A DNA stretch of 64,000 bases from Salinispira sp. (GTDB lineage: Bacteria > Spirochaetota > Spirochaetia > DSM-27196 > Salinispiraceae): contig OZ271918.1 of NCBI GenBank assembly GCA_965602015.1, forward strand, positions 896,001 through 960,000, in the 5' to 3' direction. Positions 26,749-38,500 of the stretch are shown piece after piece. The notes beneath the pieces are model-generated. The model ran no database searches. It had not been told where the DNA came from and saw only the letters and a list, made by a program, of their open reading frames with translations. A program made the translations under genes and the position numbers. The stretch's first letter is position 1. Every line of letters begins with the position of its first letter.

Positions 26749-27828
26749 ATGAAAAAGCAATGCCTATTGGCTTTTCTGATAGTAATCATGGGCGCCGCAG
26801 CCTTTGCCGCAGGCGCCGGCGAGGCAAACCCTCGGGCGGATGGAAGCGCCGTCGAGCTTGAGAACGTCAATCGCGACGACGGCGTTCTGCGGGTTGTGGG
26901 CACCACCACCCAGGCATTCGATTTGCTCACCATTCTCACCACAGGCGCCCAGAACGTCGAAGTTACCGGACTCATGGGCGCCGGTGTCGATCCGCACCTC
27001 TACCAGCCCACCGAGGGCGATATCCGGGAAATGAATGAAGCGGACGCGGTGGTGTACAACGGACTTCATCTCGAGGGTCAGTACGACGCGGTCTTCGAAG
27101 CCCTGGGAGAGCAGGGGGTGACAATCTACGCTATGTCAAAGCCGGTGAAAGACGGCGGCTTTATTATCGGAGCCTTCGACGAGGGCGCGGCAGCCCTGGG
27201 AAGCGACGATCCCCATTTTTGGTTCGACCCGAGGAACTGGGCAATCACCGTCAGGGATACCGCGCGACTTCTCGCCGAGCTCGATCCGTCCCAGGCGACA
27301 GTCTTCCTGGACAACGCCGAGAGCTACGCCGATCAGCTTGACCTGTTGTACGACTGGGCCGACCGGGGAATGCGAAGCGTTCCGGGCAGTCAGCGCTACC
27401 TGGTGACATCCCACGACGCCTTCCAGTACTTCGGCGCGGCCTTCGGCTGGAGAATGGCGGCGATCCAGGGAATCAGCACCGAAGATGAGGCCGGCGTCGG
27501 TGATGTGCAGCAGACCGTTGATTTCGTGATTGAAAACAACATTCCGGTACTCTTCGTTGAATCGACAATACCCCCGGATACCATTCAGGCGGTCATTGAA
27601 GCCATCGAGGCCGACGGGGGCAGGGCGAGAATCGGCGTGCGCGAGCTGTACTCAGACGCCATGGGTTCTCCGGGCACTTTCGGCGGAACCTACGTGGGCA
27701 TGATTGCGGAGAATGTCTATACTGTTCTCCAGTCATACCGGGCAGCCGGCGCAGCCGCGGAAATCCCCGACTGGCCTGCAGGATTGCTTCCCGAGCCCCC
27801 GGCATCCATAGTAAATCCAGGAGAATAG
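26749..27828 (+). CDS. troA: Mn/Zn/Fe ABC transporter binding protein (TroA/MntA)
   Basis: [41 protein letters not shown]. Confidence 0.93.
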   Translation: MKKQCLLAFLIVIMGAAAFAAGAGEANPRADGSAVELENVNRDDGVLRVVGTTTQAFDLLTILTTGAQNVEVTGLMGAGVDPHLYQPTEGDIREMNEADAVVYNGLHLEGQYDAVFEALGEQGVTIYAMSKPVKDGGFIIGAFDEGAAALGSDDPHFWFDPRNWAITVRDTARLLAELDPSQATVFLDNAESYADQLDLLYDWADRGMRSVPGSQRYLVTSHDAFQYFGAAFGWRMAAIQGISTEDEAGVGDVQQTVDFVIENNIPVLFVESTIPPDTIQAVIEAIEADGGRARIGVRELYSDAMGSPGTFGGTYVGMIAENVYTVLQSYRAAGAAAEIPDWPAGLLPEPPASIVNPGE

Positions 27829-27830
27829 CA

Positions 27831-28588
<758 letters not shown>

Positions 28589-28589
<1 letters not shown>

Positions 28590-29782
28590 TGCGCAAAGAA
28601 GCCCTGTCCGACCGGGAAACCTGGCTCTTTATCGCCGCGGTTTCCGCAGCGCTGCTGCTCCTCATTCCCCTGTTTATTCTCACAGGGGTCCGTTTCAGCT
28701 ATACCCTCCGGATGGTTTCCGCCGGCGGCCTGCTCCTGGGCGCACTAAGCGGCGTCATCGGAAGTTTCGCCGTGCTTCGAAAGCAGAGCCTCCTCGGCGA
28801 TGCCCTCAGCCACGCAGCCCTGCCGGGAGTGGGCATCGCCTTTCTTATTGCCGGCAGGCGGCTGGGCGTTCTGTTGACCGGGGCTGCGGTGTCGAGTCTT
28901 GCGGGGGTGTGGTTCATCTCCCTCATCACCCGGAATACCCGGATAAAGCAGGACGGGGCCATGGGAATAGTGCTTGCCGGCTGGTTCGCAATCGGCATCG
29001 GCATCCTGGCCTTTGTACAGCAGAGGCCCGACGCCAGTCAGGCAGGTCTGGACAGTTTTATTTTCGGCCAGGCCGCGGCAATCCGGGCCAGGGACGTCAG
29101 CCTCCTCGCGCTGGTCGGCGGCCTTATGCTCCTGACCCTCGTGATGAACTGGAAGGAATTCAAACTGGTCACCTTCGACCCCGAGTTCGCCCGGGCGAAC
29201 GGATACCGGGTCGGCCTGATAACCGCCGTCCTCCTTGCGCTTATCGTCGCGACGGTGGTACTGGGCCTCCAGCTTGCCGGTGTGGTGCTGATGGTCGGCC
29301 TGCTTATCGCCCCGGGCATAGCGGCGAGGCAGTGGACGAACCGGCTCGAGCAAATGGTCGTGCTGGCTGGGGTCATCGGCGCGGCTTCCGGCGGCCTCGG
29401 CGCGGTCATCAGCGCCCTGGATGCCGGGCTTCCCACCGGACCGATGATTATCATAACCGCATTTCTGTTCGTCCTGCTGTCCCTTTTGCTCGCTCCCGGG
29501 CGGGGCGTACTGTGGAATTTGCTGCGCCTGAAGAATGACCAACGGCGCTACGCGGCGGCAAATGTACGGAAAACCGCATACCGTTACGCAATGAGTCACG
29601 GGGACACGGCGAAGCCCGTAAGCGAAGACTTCCTTCGCGGCGTCCTGGGGCGCCCCGCAGTCGAGGGGATACGTCAGCTCGTAGAAAACGATGAGCTGAG
29701 GTATACCCCCGCCGGCTACGTGTTGACCGGCAGCGGCATAGAACTGGCGATGGCCGATGAACAGCTCAAGGGGGATAGCTGA
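28589..29782 (+). CDS. troC: Metal ABC permease with C-terminal soluble extension
   Basis: SLLGDALSHAALPG, FIFGQAA, TFDPEFA; C-terminal ...YVLTGSGIELA resembles a winged-helix wing. Confidence 0.9.
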
Positions 29783-31275
29783 TGTACGCTCTCGAACAGG
29801 CGCTCGTCTGGCTTTTTACCCGATTCTTCGAACCAGAGGCCATCAATCTGTTTTTCCGAAATCCCCAGAACACCGCCATCCTCATCGGCAGCTTTATCGC
29901 CGTGGCGGGAGGGCTGTTGGGCACCTTTCTGCTTCTCAGAGGCCTGGCGTTGACTTCCGACGCCATCAGCCACACGGTTCTCCTGGGGATAGTCGTGGCG
30001 TTTATGATCATGCTCGGTCTTGGCGGGGAGGCCAATCTCTCCTCGCCCTGGCTCCTGATCGGCGCTGCAGCCGCCGGGGTTGGAACGGTAATCCTCACCG
30101 AGTTATTGAGCAAAACAAAGCTGGTGAAGATGGACGCCGCCCTGGGGCTGGTGTTTCCCTTGCTGTTTGCCGTGGCGGTGGTGTTCGTTTCCCGCTATGT
30201 GGATGACGTGCACATGGATGAGGACGCCGTAATGGTCGGGGAAATCGGCATTGCCTGGGCGAATACCAACAGCCATGCACTGGGAGACTACGAAACCATC
30301 GTCATTACCGAGGACGACCCCCGGGCGACCTTCACCCGGCAATGCACCAACTGCCGGGAGCTGGGCATCAGCCCCCGGGACCCCATGGCCGAGTTCGAGA
30401 TCGTGTACACCAATCTTGGCGAGTATACCCCGGCCCAGGCCTATCTGGCCGGATTAACGGATGTTGAACCGCTTCTGGTCTTCTGGCCCGAGTCGGTAAC
30501 CCTTACCTTCGCCATGATGGCCCTGACCCTGGTGTTCATTACGCTGTTTTACAAGGAAGTGAAGATTTCCACCTTCGATCCCGCACTGGCCAAATCCTTG
30601 GGCTTCCGGCCGACCCTTGTGCTCTATGCGCTCATGACCCTGGTGAGCCTGGTCTCCGTAGGAGCATTCGATGCGGTGGGTTCCATTCTGGTCATTGCGT
30701 TTTTTATCATCCCCGCGGCTTCTGCCTACCTGCTTACCGACAACCTGCCGGTAATGCTGACAATAAGCGCCGTTTTTGGTTCCCTCAGCGCCTGGCTTGG
30801 CTATGATTTCGCCCGGGGGCAAGTGCTCGGCATAGATTTTTCAACCTTGTTTCCCGGAGGCTGGGACACGTCGATTTCCGCCTCCATGGTTTTTATGATG
30901 CTGGTTCTATTCGTTGGGGCCTTCGTCGCCTCTCCGCGATACGGGGTGGTATCATCGATTATCCGCCGCTATGGTCAGCGCAGGCGCTTTGAAGAGCAGG
31001 TTCTTATGGGGCATGTGTTTCACCACACCGACACCCCCGAGGCAACGGTCGAACTTCCCCGAAAAACCCTCCCGGAACACATCCGCTGGAATCCCCAGCG
31101 CCTGGACAGGGTCTACCGCCGCCTCGAAACCCGGGCCCTGGTGCGCACCGGAGAGAACGGACTGGTACGCCTGACCGACAAGGGCCGCCAGCGCGTCAAA
31201 GACTTTTGGTCGAAGAATCTTGCCCGGGAGGCCGGAGCCGCCGCCGGAAGCGCAGAGGCGGGAACGGTGCTGTAG
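29782..31275 (+). CDS. troD: Metal ABC permease with CxxC loop insertion and C-terminal winged-helix-like domain
   Basis: DAISHTVLLG, HMDEDAVMVGEI, STFDPALA, AFDAVGSILV; insert containing CTNC; C-terminal VRLTDKGRQR. Confidence 0.88.
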   Translation: MYALEQALVWLFTRFFEPEAINLFFRNPQNTAILIGSFIAVAGGLLGTFLLLRGLALTSDAISHTVLLGIVVAFMIMLGLGGEANLSSPWLLIGAAAAGVGTVILTELLSKTKLVKMDAALGLVFPLLFAVAVVFVSRYVDDVHMDEDAVMVGEIGIAWANTNSHALGDYETIVITEDDPRATFTRQCTNCRELGISPRDPMAEFEIVYTNLGEYTPAQAYLAGLTDVEPLLVFWPESVTLTFAMMALTLVFITLFYKEVKISTFDPALAKSLGFRPTLVLYALMTLVSLVSVGAFDAVGSILVIAFFIIPAASAYLLTDNLPVMLTISAVFGSLSAWLGYDFARGQVLGIDFSTLFPGGWDTSISASMVFMMLVLFVGAFVASPRYGVVSSIIRRYGQRRRFEEQVLMGHVFHHTDTPEATVELPRKTLPEHIRWNPQRLDRVYRRLETRALVRTGENGLVRLTDKGRQRVKDFWSKNLAREAGAAAGSAEAGTVL

Positions 31276-31420
31276 CAGGATTAAGATACTGCAAGCATAT
31301 ATTCTTAGTACATAGATAGTTAATAAAAATTAATCCCGATTGACCATCGTAAACAAATCATATACCCTCCTTATACGTCAGAAACAGTCAGAAATAGTAC
31401 AAAAAATAGAGGTACCCCAT

Positions 31421-33646
31421 ATGAATCAGTGGAGAGACTACAACCCCGGCGCCTGGCAGCATAAAATTGACATCCGGGATTTCATTCAGAAAAATTACAG
31501 CCCTTACGAAGGCGATGATTCCTTCCTTGAAGGTCCCAGCGAAGCGACCGAGAGCCTGTGGCAGACCGTGTCGGCCCTCATGAAAGAAGAAAATGCCAAA
31601 GGCGTCATCGATCTGGAAACCGAGGTTCCCTCGTCGATTACCTCCCACGGACCGGGCTACATCAATAAAGACCTGGAGAGCATCGTCGGTCTTCAGACCG
31701 ACAAGCCCCTGAAGCGGGGAATTATGCCCAAGGGCGGTCTTCGGGTGGTTGAATCCGCCCTCGATTCCTACGGATACCGCCTCTCGCCGGCAGTCAGCGA
31801 GATTTACGGCAAGTACCGCAAGACCCACAATGAAGGGGTCTTCAGCGCCTACACCGACGAAATGCTGAGGGCGAGAAAGTCTGGAATTCTCACCGGCCTG
31901 CCCGATGCCTACGGCCGGGGCCGGATTATCGGCGACTACCGCAGGGTGGCACTGTACGGGGTTACGCGCCTCATCGAGGACAAGCAGAAGACCCAGGAAG
32001 GTTTTGATACCAACAATTTCACCGAGGAGAATATTCGGGGCAGGGAAGAGATAACCGAACAGATCTCCGCCCTGCGGGACCTCATCGAATTGGGAAAAGC
32101 CTACGGTTTTGATATCTCCGTTCCCGCCGCCGATGCCCGGGAAGCGGTACAATGGACCTATTTTGCCTATCTGGCGGCAATCCGCGACCAGGACGGCGCC
32201 GCCATGTCCCTGGGCCGGGTGTCGGATTTCCTGGACATCTATATCGAGCGGGACATCCGCGATGGTGTCCTCAATGAGGCCCAGGCCCAGGAGCTGATCG
32301 ATCATTTTGTCATGAAACTGCGCATGGTCCGCTTCCTGAGGACTCCGGCGTACAACGAGCTGTTCTCCGGCGATCCCACCTGGGTTACCGAAGCCCTGGG
32401 CGGAATCGGCGTAGATGGGCGTCCCCTGGTAACCAAAACCAGCTTCCGCGTCCTTCATACCCTGGAAAACCTCGGTCCGGCGCCTGAGCCAAACCTCACG
32501 GTGCTGTGGACCCCCCGGCTTCCCCAGGGTTTCAAGGATTTCTGCGCCCGCTTATCCATCGAAACTTCGGCAATCCAGTACGAAAACGACTGCACGATGC
32601 GCACCTATTTCGGCGATGACTATGCCATCGCCTGCTGCGTCTCGGCAATGAAGGTCGGCAAACAGATGCAGTTTTTCGGCGCTCGGGCAAACCTCGCAAA
32701 GGCATTGCTGTATGCGATTAACGGCGGTGTTGACGAGAAAAGCGGCGTGCAGGTCGCCCCGGCATTTTTGCCGATTACCAGCGAGTACCTCGATTACGAC
32801 GAGGTGATGGAGCGCTTCGATGCCCTTCTGGAATGGCTCGCCGAGGTGTACATCAAGACCCTCAATGTCATCCACTTCATGCATGATCGCTACAATTACG
32901 AAGCGCTGCAGATGGCCCTGCACGACCGGGAAGTTGTGAGAACCATGGCCTGCGGCATCGCCGGCCTGTCGGTGGCCGCGGACTCGCTTTCGGCCATCAA
33001 ACACGCCAGGGTAAAGGTCATCCGCGATGAAAAAGGTCTTGCAGTGGACTATCAGGTCGAAGGCGAGTATCCGGCCTACGGAAACAACGACGACCGGGCC
33101 GACCAGATTGCGGTGAATCTCACCGAAACCTTTATGAAGAAGCTTCAGAAACAGAATACCTACCGAAACGCAATTCCGACCCAGTCCATCCTCACCATTA
33201 CCAGCAATGTGGTGTACGGAAAAAAAACCGGATCGACCCCCGACGGACGCAAAGCCGGGGTTCCCTTCGGCCCCGGAGCCAACCCCATCCACGGCAGGGA
33301 CAAAAACGGTGCACTGGCAAGCTTCGCTTCGGTGGCCAAGCTGCCCTACGAACACGCCAGCGACGGAATCTCGTACACCTTTTCCATCATTCCCGGAGCC
33401 CTGGGCAAAAATGCCGCTGATCAGAAGAAGAACCTCATTTCACTGATGGACGGCTATTTCCTCTCCGGCGGCCACCATGTGAACATCAATGTGATGAACC
33501 GTGACACCTTATTGGACGCCATGGATCACCCGGAGAAGTATCCTCAGCTCACAATCCGGGTGTCGGGATATGCGGTGAATTTCGTAAAACTTACAAGGGA
33601 ACAGCAGGAAGACGTCATCAGCCGGACGTTCCACTCGATGATTTGA
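31421..33646 (+). CDS. pflB: Pyruvate formate-lyase
   Basis: [22 protein letters not shown], active-site IACCVS, glycyl radical motif [11 protein letters not shown] at 31421 after GAGGT. Confidence 0.97.
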   Translation: MNQWRDYNPGAWQHKIDIRDFIQKNYSPYEGDDSFLEGPSEATESLWQTVSALMKEENAKGVIDLETEVPSSITSHGPGYINKDLESIVGLQTDKPLKRGIMPKGGLRVVESALDSYGYRLSPAVSEIYGKYRKTHNEGVFSAYTDEMLRARKSGILTGLPDAYGRGRIIGDYRRVALYGVTRLIEDKQKTQEGFDTNNFTEENIRGREEITEQISALRDLIELGKAYGFDISVPAADAREAVQWTYFAYLAAIRDQDGAAMSLGRVSDFLDIYIERDIRDGVLNEAQAQELIDHFVMKLRMVRFLRTPAYNELFSGDPTWVTEALGGIGVDGRPLVTKTSFRVLHTLENLGPAPEPNLTVLWTPRLPQGFKDFCARLSIETSAIQYENDCTMRTYFGDDYAIACCVSAMKVGKQMQFFGARANLAKALLYAINGGVDEKSGVQVAPAFLPITSEYLDYDEVMERFDALLEWLAEVYIKTLNVIHFMHDRYNYEALQMALHDREVVRTMACGIAGLSVAADSLSAIKHARVKVIRDEKGLAVDYQVEGEYPAYGNNDDRADQIAVNLTETFMKKLQKQNTYRNAIPTQSILTITSNVVYGKKTGSTPDGRKAGVPFGPGANPIHGRDKNGALASFASVAKLPYEHASDGISYTFSIIPGALGKNAADQKKNLISLMDGYFLSGGHHVNINVMNRDTLLDAMDHPEKYPQLTIRVSGYAVNFVKLTREQQEDVISRTFHSMI

Positions 33647-33668
33647 GGAGAGAGTACGGAGTTTCATA

Positions 33669-34400
33669 GTGAAAGACATTGAGGGATACATACACTCCTT
33701 CGAAAGCGGCGGAATGGTGGACGGCCCGGGCTTGCGATTCGTCGCATTCCTTCAGGGCTGTCCGCTGCGCTGCCTCTACTGCCACAACCCCGACAGCTGG
33801 AAATTCAAGACCGGCCGGCGGATGACCGCCGGCGAACTGGTCGCCGAAGCAATGAAATATAAAATGTGGATGGACAGCTCCGGAGGCGGCATCACCCTCT
33901 CAGGCGGCGAGGCCCTTTCCCAGGCTGACTTCGCCGAGGCTATTTTCCGGGTCGCCTCTTCACGGGGTATCCACGGATGCCTGGACACCTCGGGTTTTGG
34001 TCCCCTGTCCCGCACCGCCCGGGCCCTTGACGCCGCCGACTTGGTAATCCTGGATATTAAGGCGGCGGACGGCGACCTACACAAACGGCTGACCGGCGTT
34101 GATCTTGATCCGGTCCTGGCCACCCTGAAATACCTCACAGAACAGAAAAAACCGTTGTGGATTCGCCATGTGGTTGCCCCCGGCCTGACCGACCGGCGGG
34201 AAGACCTGGAGAAACTGTTACTGCTGGTAAAGGCCGTTCCCACCCTCCAACGCTTCGAGTTTCTTCCCTTTCACAAACTCGGCGAGCCCAAATGGGCTGA
34301 AGAGGGTTTGAGGTACACTCTATCCCAAACTCCGGTGCCCGAGCCCGTATTCATGGAAGAATTGCGCTCATGGTTCACGTCTGAAGGCCTCCCGCTGTAA
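33669..34400 (+). CDS. pflA: PFL-activating enzyme (radical SAM)
   Basis: VDGPGLR, GCPLRCLYCHNPD, SGGE, LPFHKLG. Confidence 0.95.
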   Translation: MKDIEGYIHSFESGGMVDGPGLRFVAFLQGCPLRCLYCHNPDSWKFKTGRRMTAGELVAEAMKYKMWMDSSGGGITLSGGEALSQADFAEAIFRVASSRGIHGCLDTSGFGPLSRTARALDAADLVILDIKAADGDLHKRLTGVDLDPVLATLKYLTEQKKPLWIRHVVAPGLTDRREDLEKLLLLVKAVPTLQRFEFLPFHKLGEPKWAEEGLRYTLSQTPVPEPVFMEELRSWFTSEGLPL

Positions 34401-34567
34401 ATACTTCGAAGACCGGCACTTCACCCCGCATCTCTGGGCCCTCGATGATTTGTGGGATACTTGACGGGGAAATCTCAGATACCTATGCAAATCTCAGGGC
34501 ATACCGTGTAACCCTTTTTCCTTCCCGGCCTTTAATATGAGTAAAACAGTCAGGAATAGGAGGAGAT

Positions 34568-34963
34568 ATGAGGTATCACCTGACAGGCAAAAAAGGGATT
34601 TCTTTTATGGTAATGCTTGTGCTGATAACTGCGAGCTTTGGGCTCATCGCCGAGTCGGAAGACGAGCTGGACATTCGTGAGATTGCCTCGGTCAGACGGG
34701 GAGAGTTCGTTGCGGTTCGGGGGGAGGTTGTGCGTTTCCGTGAGGAGGACGAGTTTCGAATCCGAGATGAAAGTGGCAGGATCGATATTTATATTGGCCA
34801 AGGGAACTTCTCACGTCCGCCGTTTTCCCTGGGAGATACGGTGACGGTCCTCGGATGGGTCGACGATGATATCCTCGATTTTCCCAAGGATATCTATGCT
34901 ACCGAATTGATACTCGCCGACGGAACGGTGCTTGCGGTCAGGTACAACAGGGATTGGGACTGA
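34568..34963 (+). CDS. Secreted OB-fold protein (YgiW/YdeI-like)
   Basis: Signal peptide; VAVRGEVVR...FRIRDESGRIDIYIG...GDTVTVLGWVD; GGAG RBS. Confidence 0.65.
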   Translation: MRYHLTGKKGISFMVMLVLITASFGLIAESEDELDIREIASVRRGEFVAVRGEVVRFREEDEFRIRDESGRIDIYIGQGNFSRPPFSLGDTVTVLGWVDDDILDFPKDIYATELILADGTVLAVRYNRDWD

Positions 34964-34964
34964 C

Positions 34965-35486
34965 ATGCGTAAGATTTTTTTGCTGTTCGCATTGCTTTTG
35001 GTACCTGTAATGATGCTGCATTCTGCCGTCGATCCGTCAATAGCGTTTGGGCTCGGGGGTACAGCGGGTTTTGCCGATGAAGATCCGGTCTACGGCGGTT
35101 ACGCATCTCTCATTAGAAGCATGCCCTCCGATTTTATCTGGGGTATCGATATTGACGCTTTATGGTCTACTGAAGACAGCGGGGAATTTATCTCTGCGGC
35201 TCAAACTGTATTTGCCTGGCCGATTGAACAGCTTGTGTCTGCTCCGGAACATGTGGAGCTGTGGATCGGAGGCCGAGCGGGCATTCTTCTGGAATCCGAC
35301 GCTGCGCCATTTCAGAATACCGAGCCGAACACAGGGCAGGGCTCGGTTGAACTCTATCCGACGGCGGGGGTTCTTGTCAGCGCACGGTTAAATCTCAATC
35401 AACAGTTCGGATTCGACGGCCGCGTATCGATAGATACATTATCCGCCACGAGATTGGCCCTCAGCATGGGCTTTTTCATTCGATAA
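34965..35486 (+). CDS. Hypothetical secreted protein, possible small outer-membrane beta-barrel
   Basis: Signal peptide MRKIFLLFALLLV; alternating amphipathic strands; aromatic C-terminus LSMGFFIR. Confidence 0.55.
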   Translation: MRKIFLLFALLLVPVMMLHSAVDPSIAFGLGGTAGFADEDPVYGGYASLIRSMPSDFIWGIDIDALWSTEDSGEFISAAQTVFAWPIEQLVSAPEHVELWIGGRAGILLESDAAPFQNTEPNTGQGSVELYPTAGVLVSARLNLNQQFGFDGRVSIDTLSATRLALSMGFFIR

Positions 35487-35573
35487 TCGGTCTGACGGTT
35501 TTTGACATAAAACGTTTTATCTGCAAGGTTTCCGCTATTGCACATATTGTAATGTTCTATTAGAACTTTTGGT

Positions 35574-38500
35574 ATGAAAACACTACTGGCCGGCCTGGAT
35601 GTTGGTTCGACTACCGTAAAAATCGTCGTCCTCCACCCGGATACCCGGGAAATGCTGCACGGCGATTACCGTCGTCACGACGCGAACCAGGCCGGGGTAG
35701 TCAGGGAACTCCTGGAGGAAGCCCACGGCCTTTTCCCGGACAATGATTTCCGCCTGTCGTTCTGCGGGTCGGCGGGCGAGCCCTTTGCCGGGTTGACCGG
35801 CGCCTTCTTTATCCAGGAAGTGGTGGCTAATGCCGTAGCGATTAAGGAACTCCATCCTGAGGTCCGGGTGGCCATCGAACTGGGCGGGCAGGATGCCAAG
35901 GTGGTGTTTTTCCGAATCGACGATATTACCGGTCAGCTGATAGCCAGCGACATGCGGATGAACGGCTCATGCGCCGGGGGCACCGGGGCCTTTGTCGATC
36001 AGATTGCCGAGTTGCTCAGCATCAAAACCGAAGATTTTAACGAACTGGCTGCCCGGGGTAACACGGTGTACGACATTTCCGGGCGATGCGGAGTGTTCGC
36101 AAAAACCGACATCCAGCCTCTGCTCAACCAGGGCGTGGCAAAGTCCGACATCGCCCTATCATGCTTTCATGCGTTGGCCAAGCAGACCATCGGCGGCCTG
36201 GCTCAGGGCATGGAAATCAGCCCTCCGGTCATTTTTGAAGGAGGGCCGCTCACCTTTAATCCGGTGCTCATCCGGGTTTTTGCCGAGCGTTTGAATCTCG
36301 GGGAGCATCAGATCGTCCACACCTCAAGGCCCGAGCTCATTGTCGCCACTGGCGCAGCGCTTTCGAATCAAATAATGTTCGCCGACCGGCCCAACGGCTA
36401 CGGCGGGCGCCGTGCGCTTTCCGCCCTCGCTAAAGCCCGTTCACGCTCGGGTTTTGAGATTCGCAATGACAGCCCCAGGCTGTTTGACAATGCTTCTGAA
36501 GTCGACGCATTTACGAAGCGGTATCCCGGTGATCTGTGGAAGCCCCGCCCCCTGGTTTCCGGTTCGCGGGTGGAGGCATGGCTCGGCATAGACGGCGGTT
36601 CCACCACGACCAAATTCGTCCTCATGGCGGATGACCAAAGCGTCATCGACAAATTCTATGCGAACAACCAAGGAGATCCCCTGGCCGTCTTAAAAAAGAG
36701 CTTAATCGAGCTGCGCGACCGGTATCGGGAATCCGGCGTCGACCTGGTAATAAAAGCCTGCGGAACCACAGGCTATGGCGAGCAATTATTCGCCGCCGCC
36801 CTCAAGGCCGACTTTCACTGCGTTGAGACCGTTGCCCATGCCAAGGCCGCCCAGAGCATTGACCCCGACGCCAGCTTCATCCTGGACATCGGCGGCCAGG
36901 ACATGAAGGCCATCTTTGTCAACAAGGGCATTGTCACCGGTATAGTTCTCAACGAGGCGTGCTCGGCGGGCTGCGGGTCCTTTCTCGAAACCTATGCAAA
37001 AAGCCTGAAAATACCCGTGCAGGACATCGCGTCCCTTGCGTTTGCGGCGGAAAATCCCTCACGTTTAGGCAGCCGTTGTACGGTGTTTATGAACTCATCA
37101 ATCATCACCGAGCAAAAAGCCGGAAAGACTACCGCGGAAATAATGTCCGGACTCTGCCGATCTGTCATAGAAAATGTTTTTACCAAGGTCGTTCGGGTAT
37201 CGAATCTCGAAACCCTGGGGGATCATGTAGTGGTTCAGGGGGGCACCTTTAAAAACGATGCGGTGCTTCGGGCCTTCGAGCAATACCTCGGCAAGACGGT
37301 AAACCGGCCGCCGTTGCCCGGCGAAATGGGAGCAATCGGAGCCGCCATTCTCACCAAAGAGAATTTTGAGCGTCGGATTGCCGCAAACCCGGAGCTAAAA
37401 TCCCGGTTTATCGGACTGGATGACCTGGAATCCTTCACTTGGACCAATGAGAGCGGAGTTATATGCCGTTTTTGCGCAAACAACTGCAACCGCACCGTCG
37501 TGAGCTTCTGTGATGGCTCGAGCTATATTACGGGAAACCGCTGCGAAAAAGGCGAGATTATCGGGGACATCCACGACCCGGGTACCAGGGAGAAACTACA
37601 GGCGGCGATCCGCAGGCAGGGCAGCATCCCCGATACCATGAAGCTCTACCGGGAACTGCTGTTTAAGGATTGGCCGATAGCCGAGGTTAAGCACCGTCAT
37701 CCCCTGATTATCGGGCTTCCCCGGGTGCTTGAGTTTTGGGCTTCCATGCCCTTCTGGACCACGCTTTTCCGGTCCCTTGGAATGACTGTGAAAATCAGCC
37801 GCAAATCAAGTTACGAGATATTTGAACGGGGCCTTCCGAACGTACCCTCCGATACCGCCTGCTTTCCCGCGAAGCTTTCCCACGGTCATATTCTCGACCT
37901 AATCGATCAGGGGGTGGACAGGATCTTTTTTCCCATGATGGCCATAACCCCGGTGGAGCAGCGGCTGACCGAAGACAGCTACACCTGTCCCCTGGTTCAG
38001 GGATACCCGGCGGTTATCGACAAGGCAGATGAACCGGCGACCCGTTACGGCGTACCCTACGACCATCCGATTTTCTTCTGGTATGACGAATCTCATAAGG
38101 AAAAGCAGGTTGTGCGCTACCTGACCGAAACCCTGGGAATTATCCCGTCCCGGGCCCGCCGGGCGTTTGCCGCAGGGCAGAGAGCCATGAGCGGTCTTCG
38201 AAGCGCCATGCACCGAGAAGGCCGGCGCATCCTCAATGAAACCGCCGCCGAGGGCCGGTTTGCGGTGGTGCTCTCCGGACGGCCGTACCACTGCGACGAG
38301 CTGATCAACCACAATCTCTCAAACCTGTTCACCTCTCTGGGATTTCCGGTGCTCACCCTGGAGGCTCTGGAGGGTCTTTCGGATCACGACATTTCGCGAA
38401 GCCGGATGGACGCCTACAACGCCTTTCACACCCGGATGATAGCCGCGGCCTTCGAAGTAGGGAAGAATCCCCATCTCGAGCTGGTGCAAATAGTGAACTT

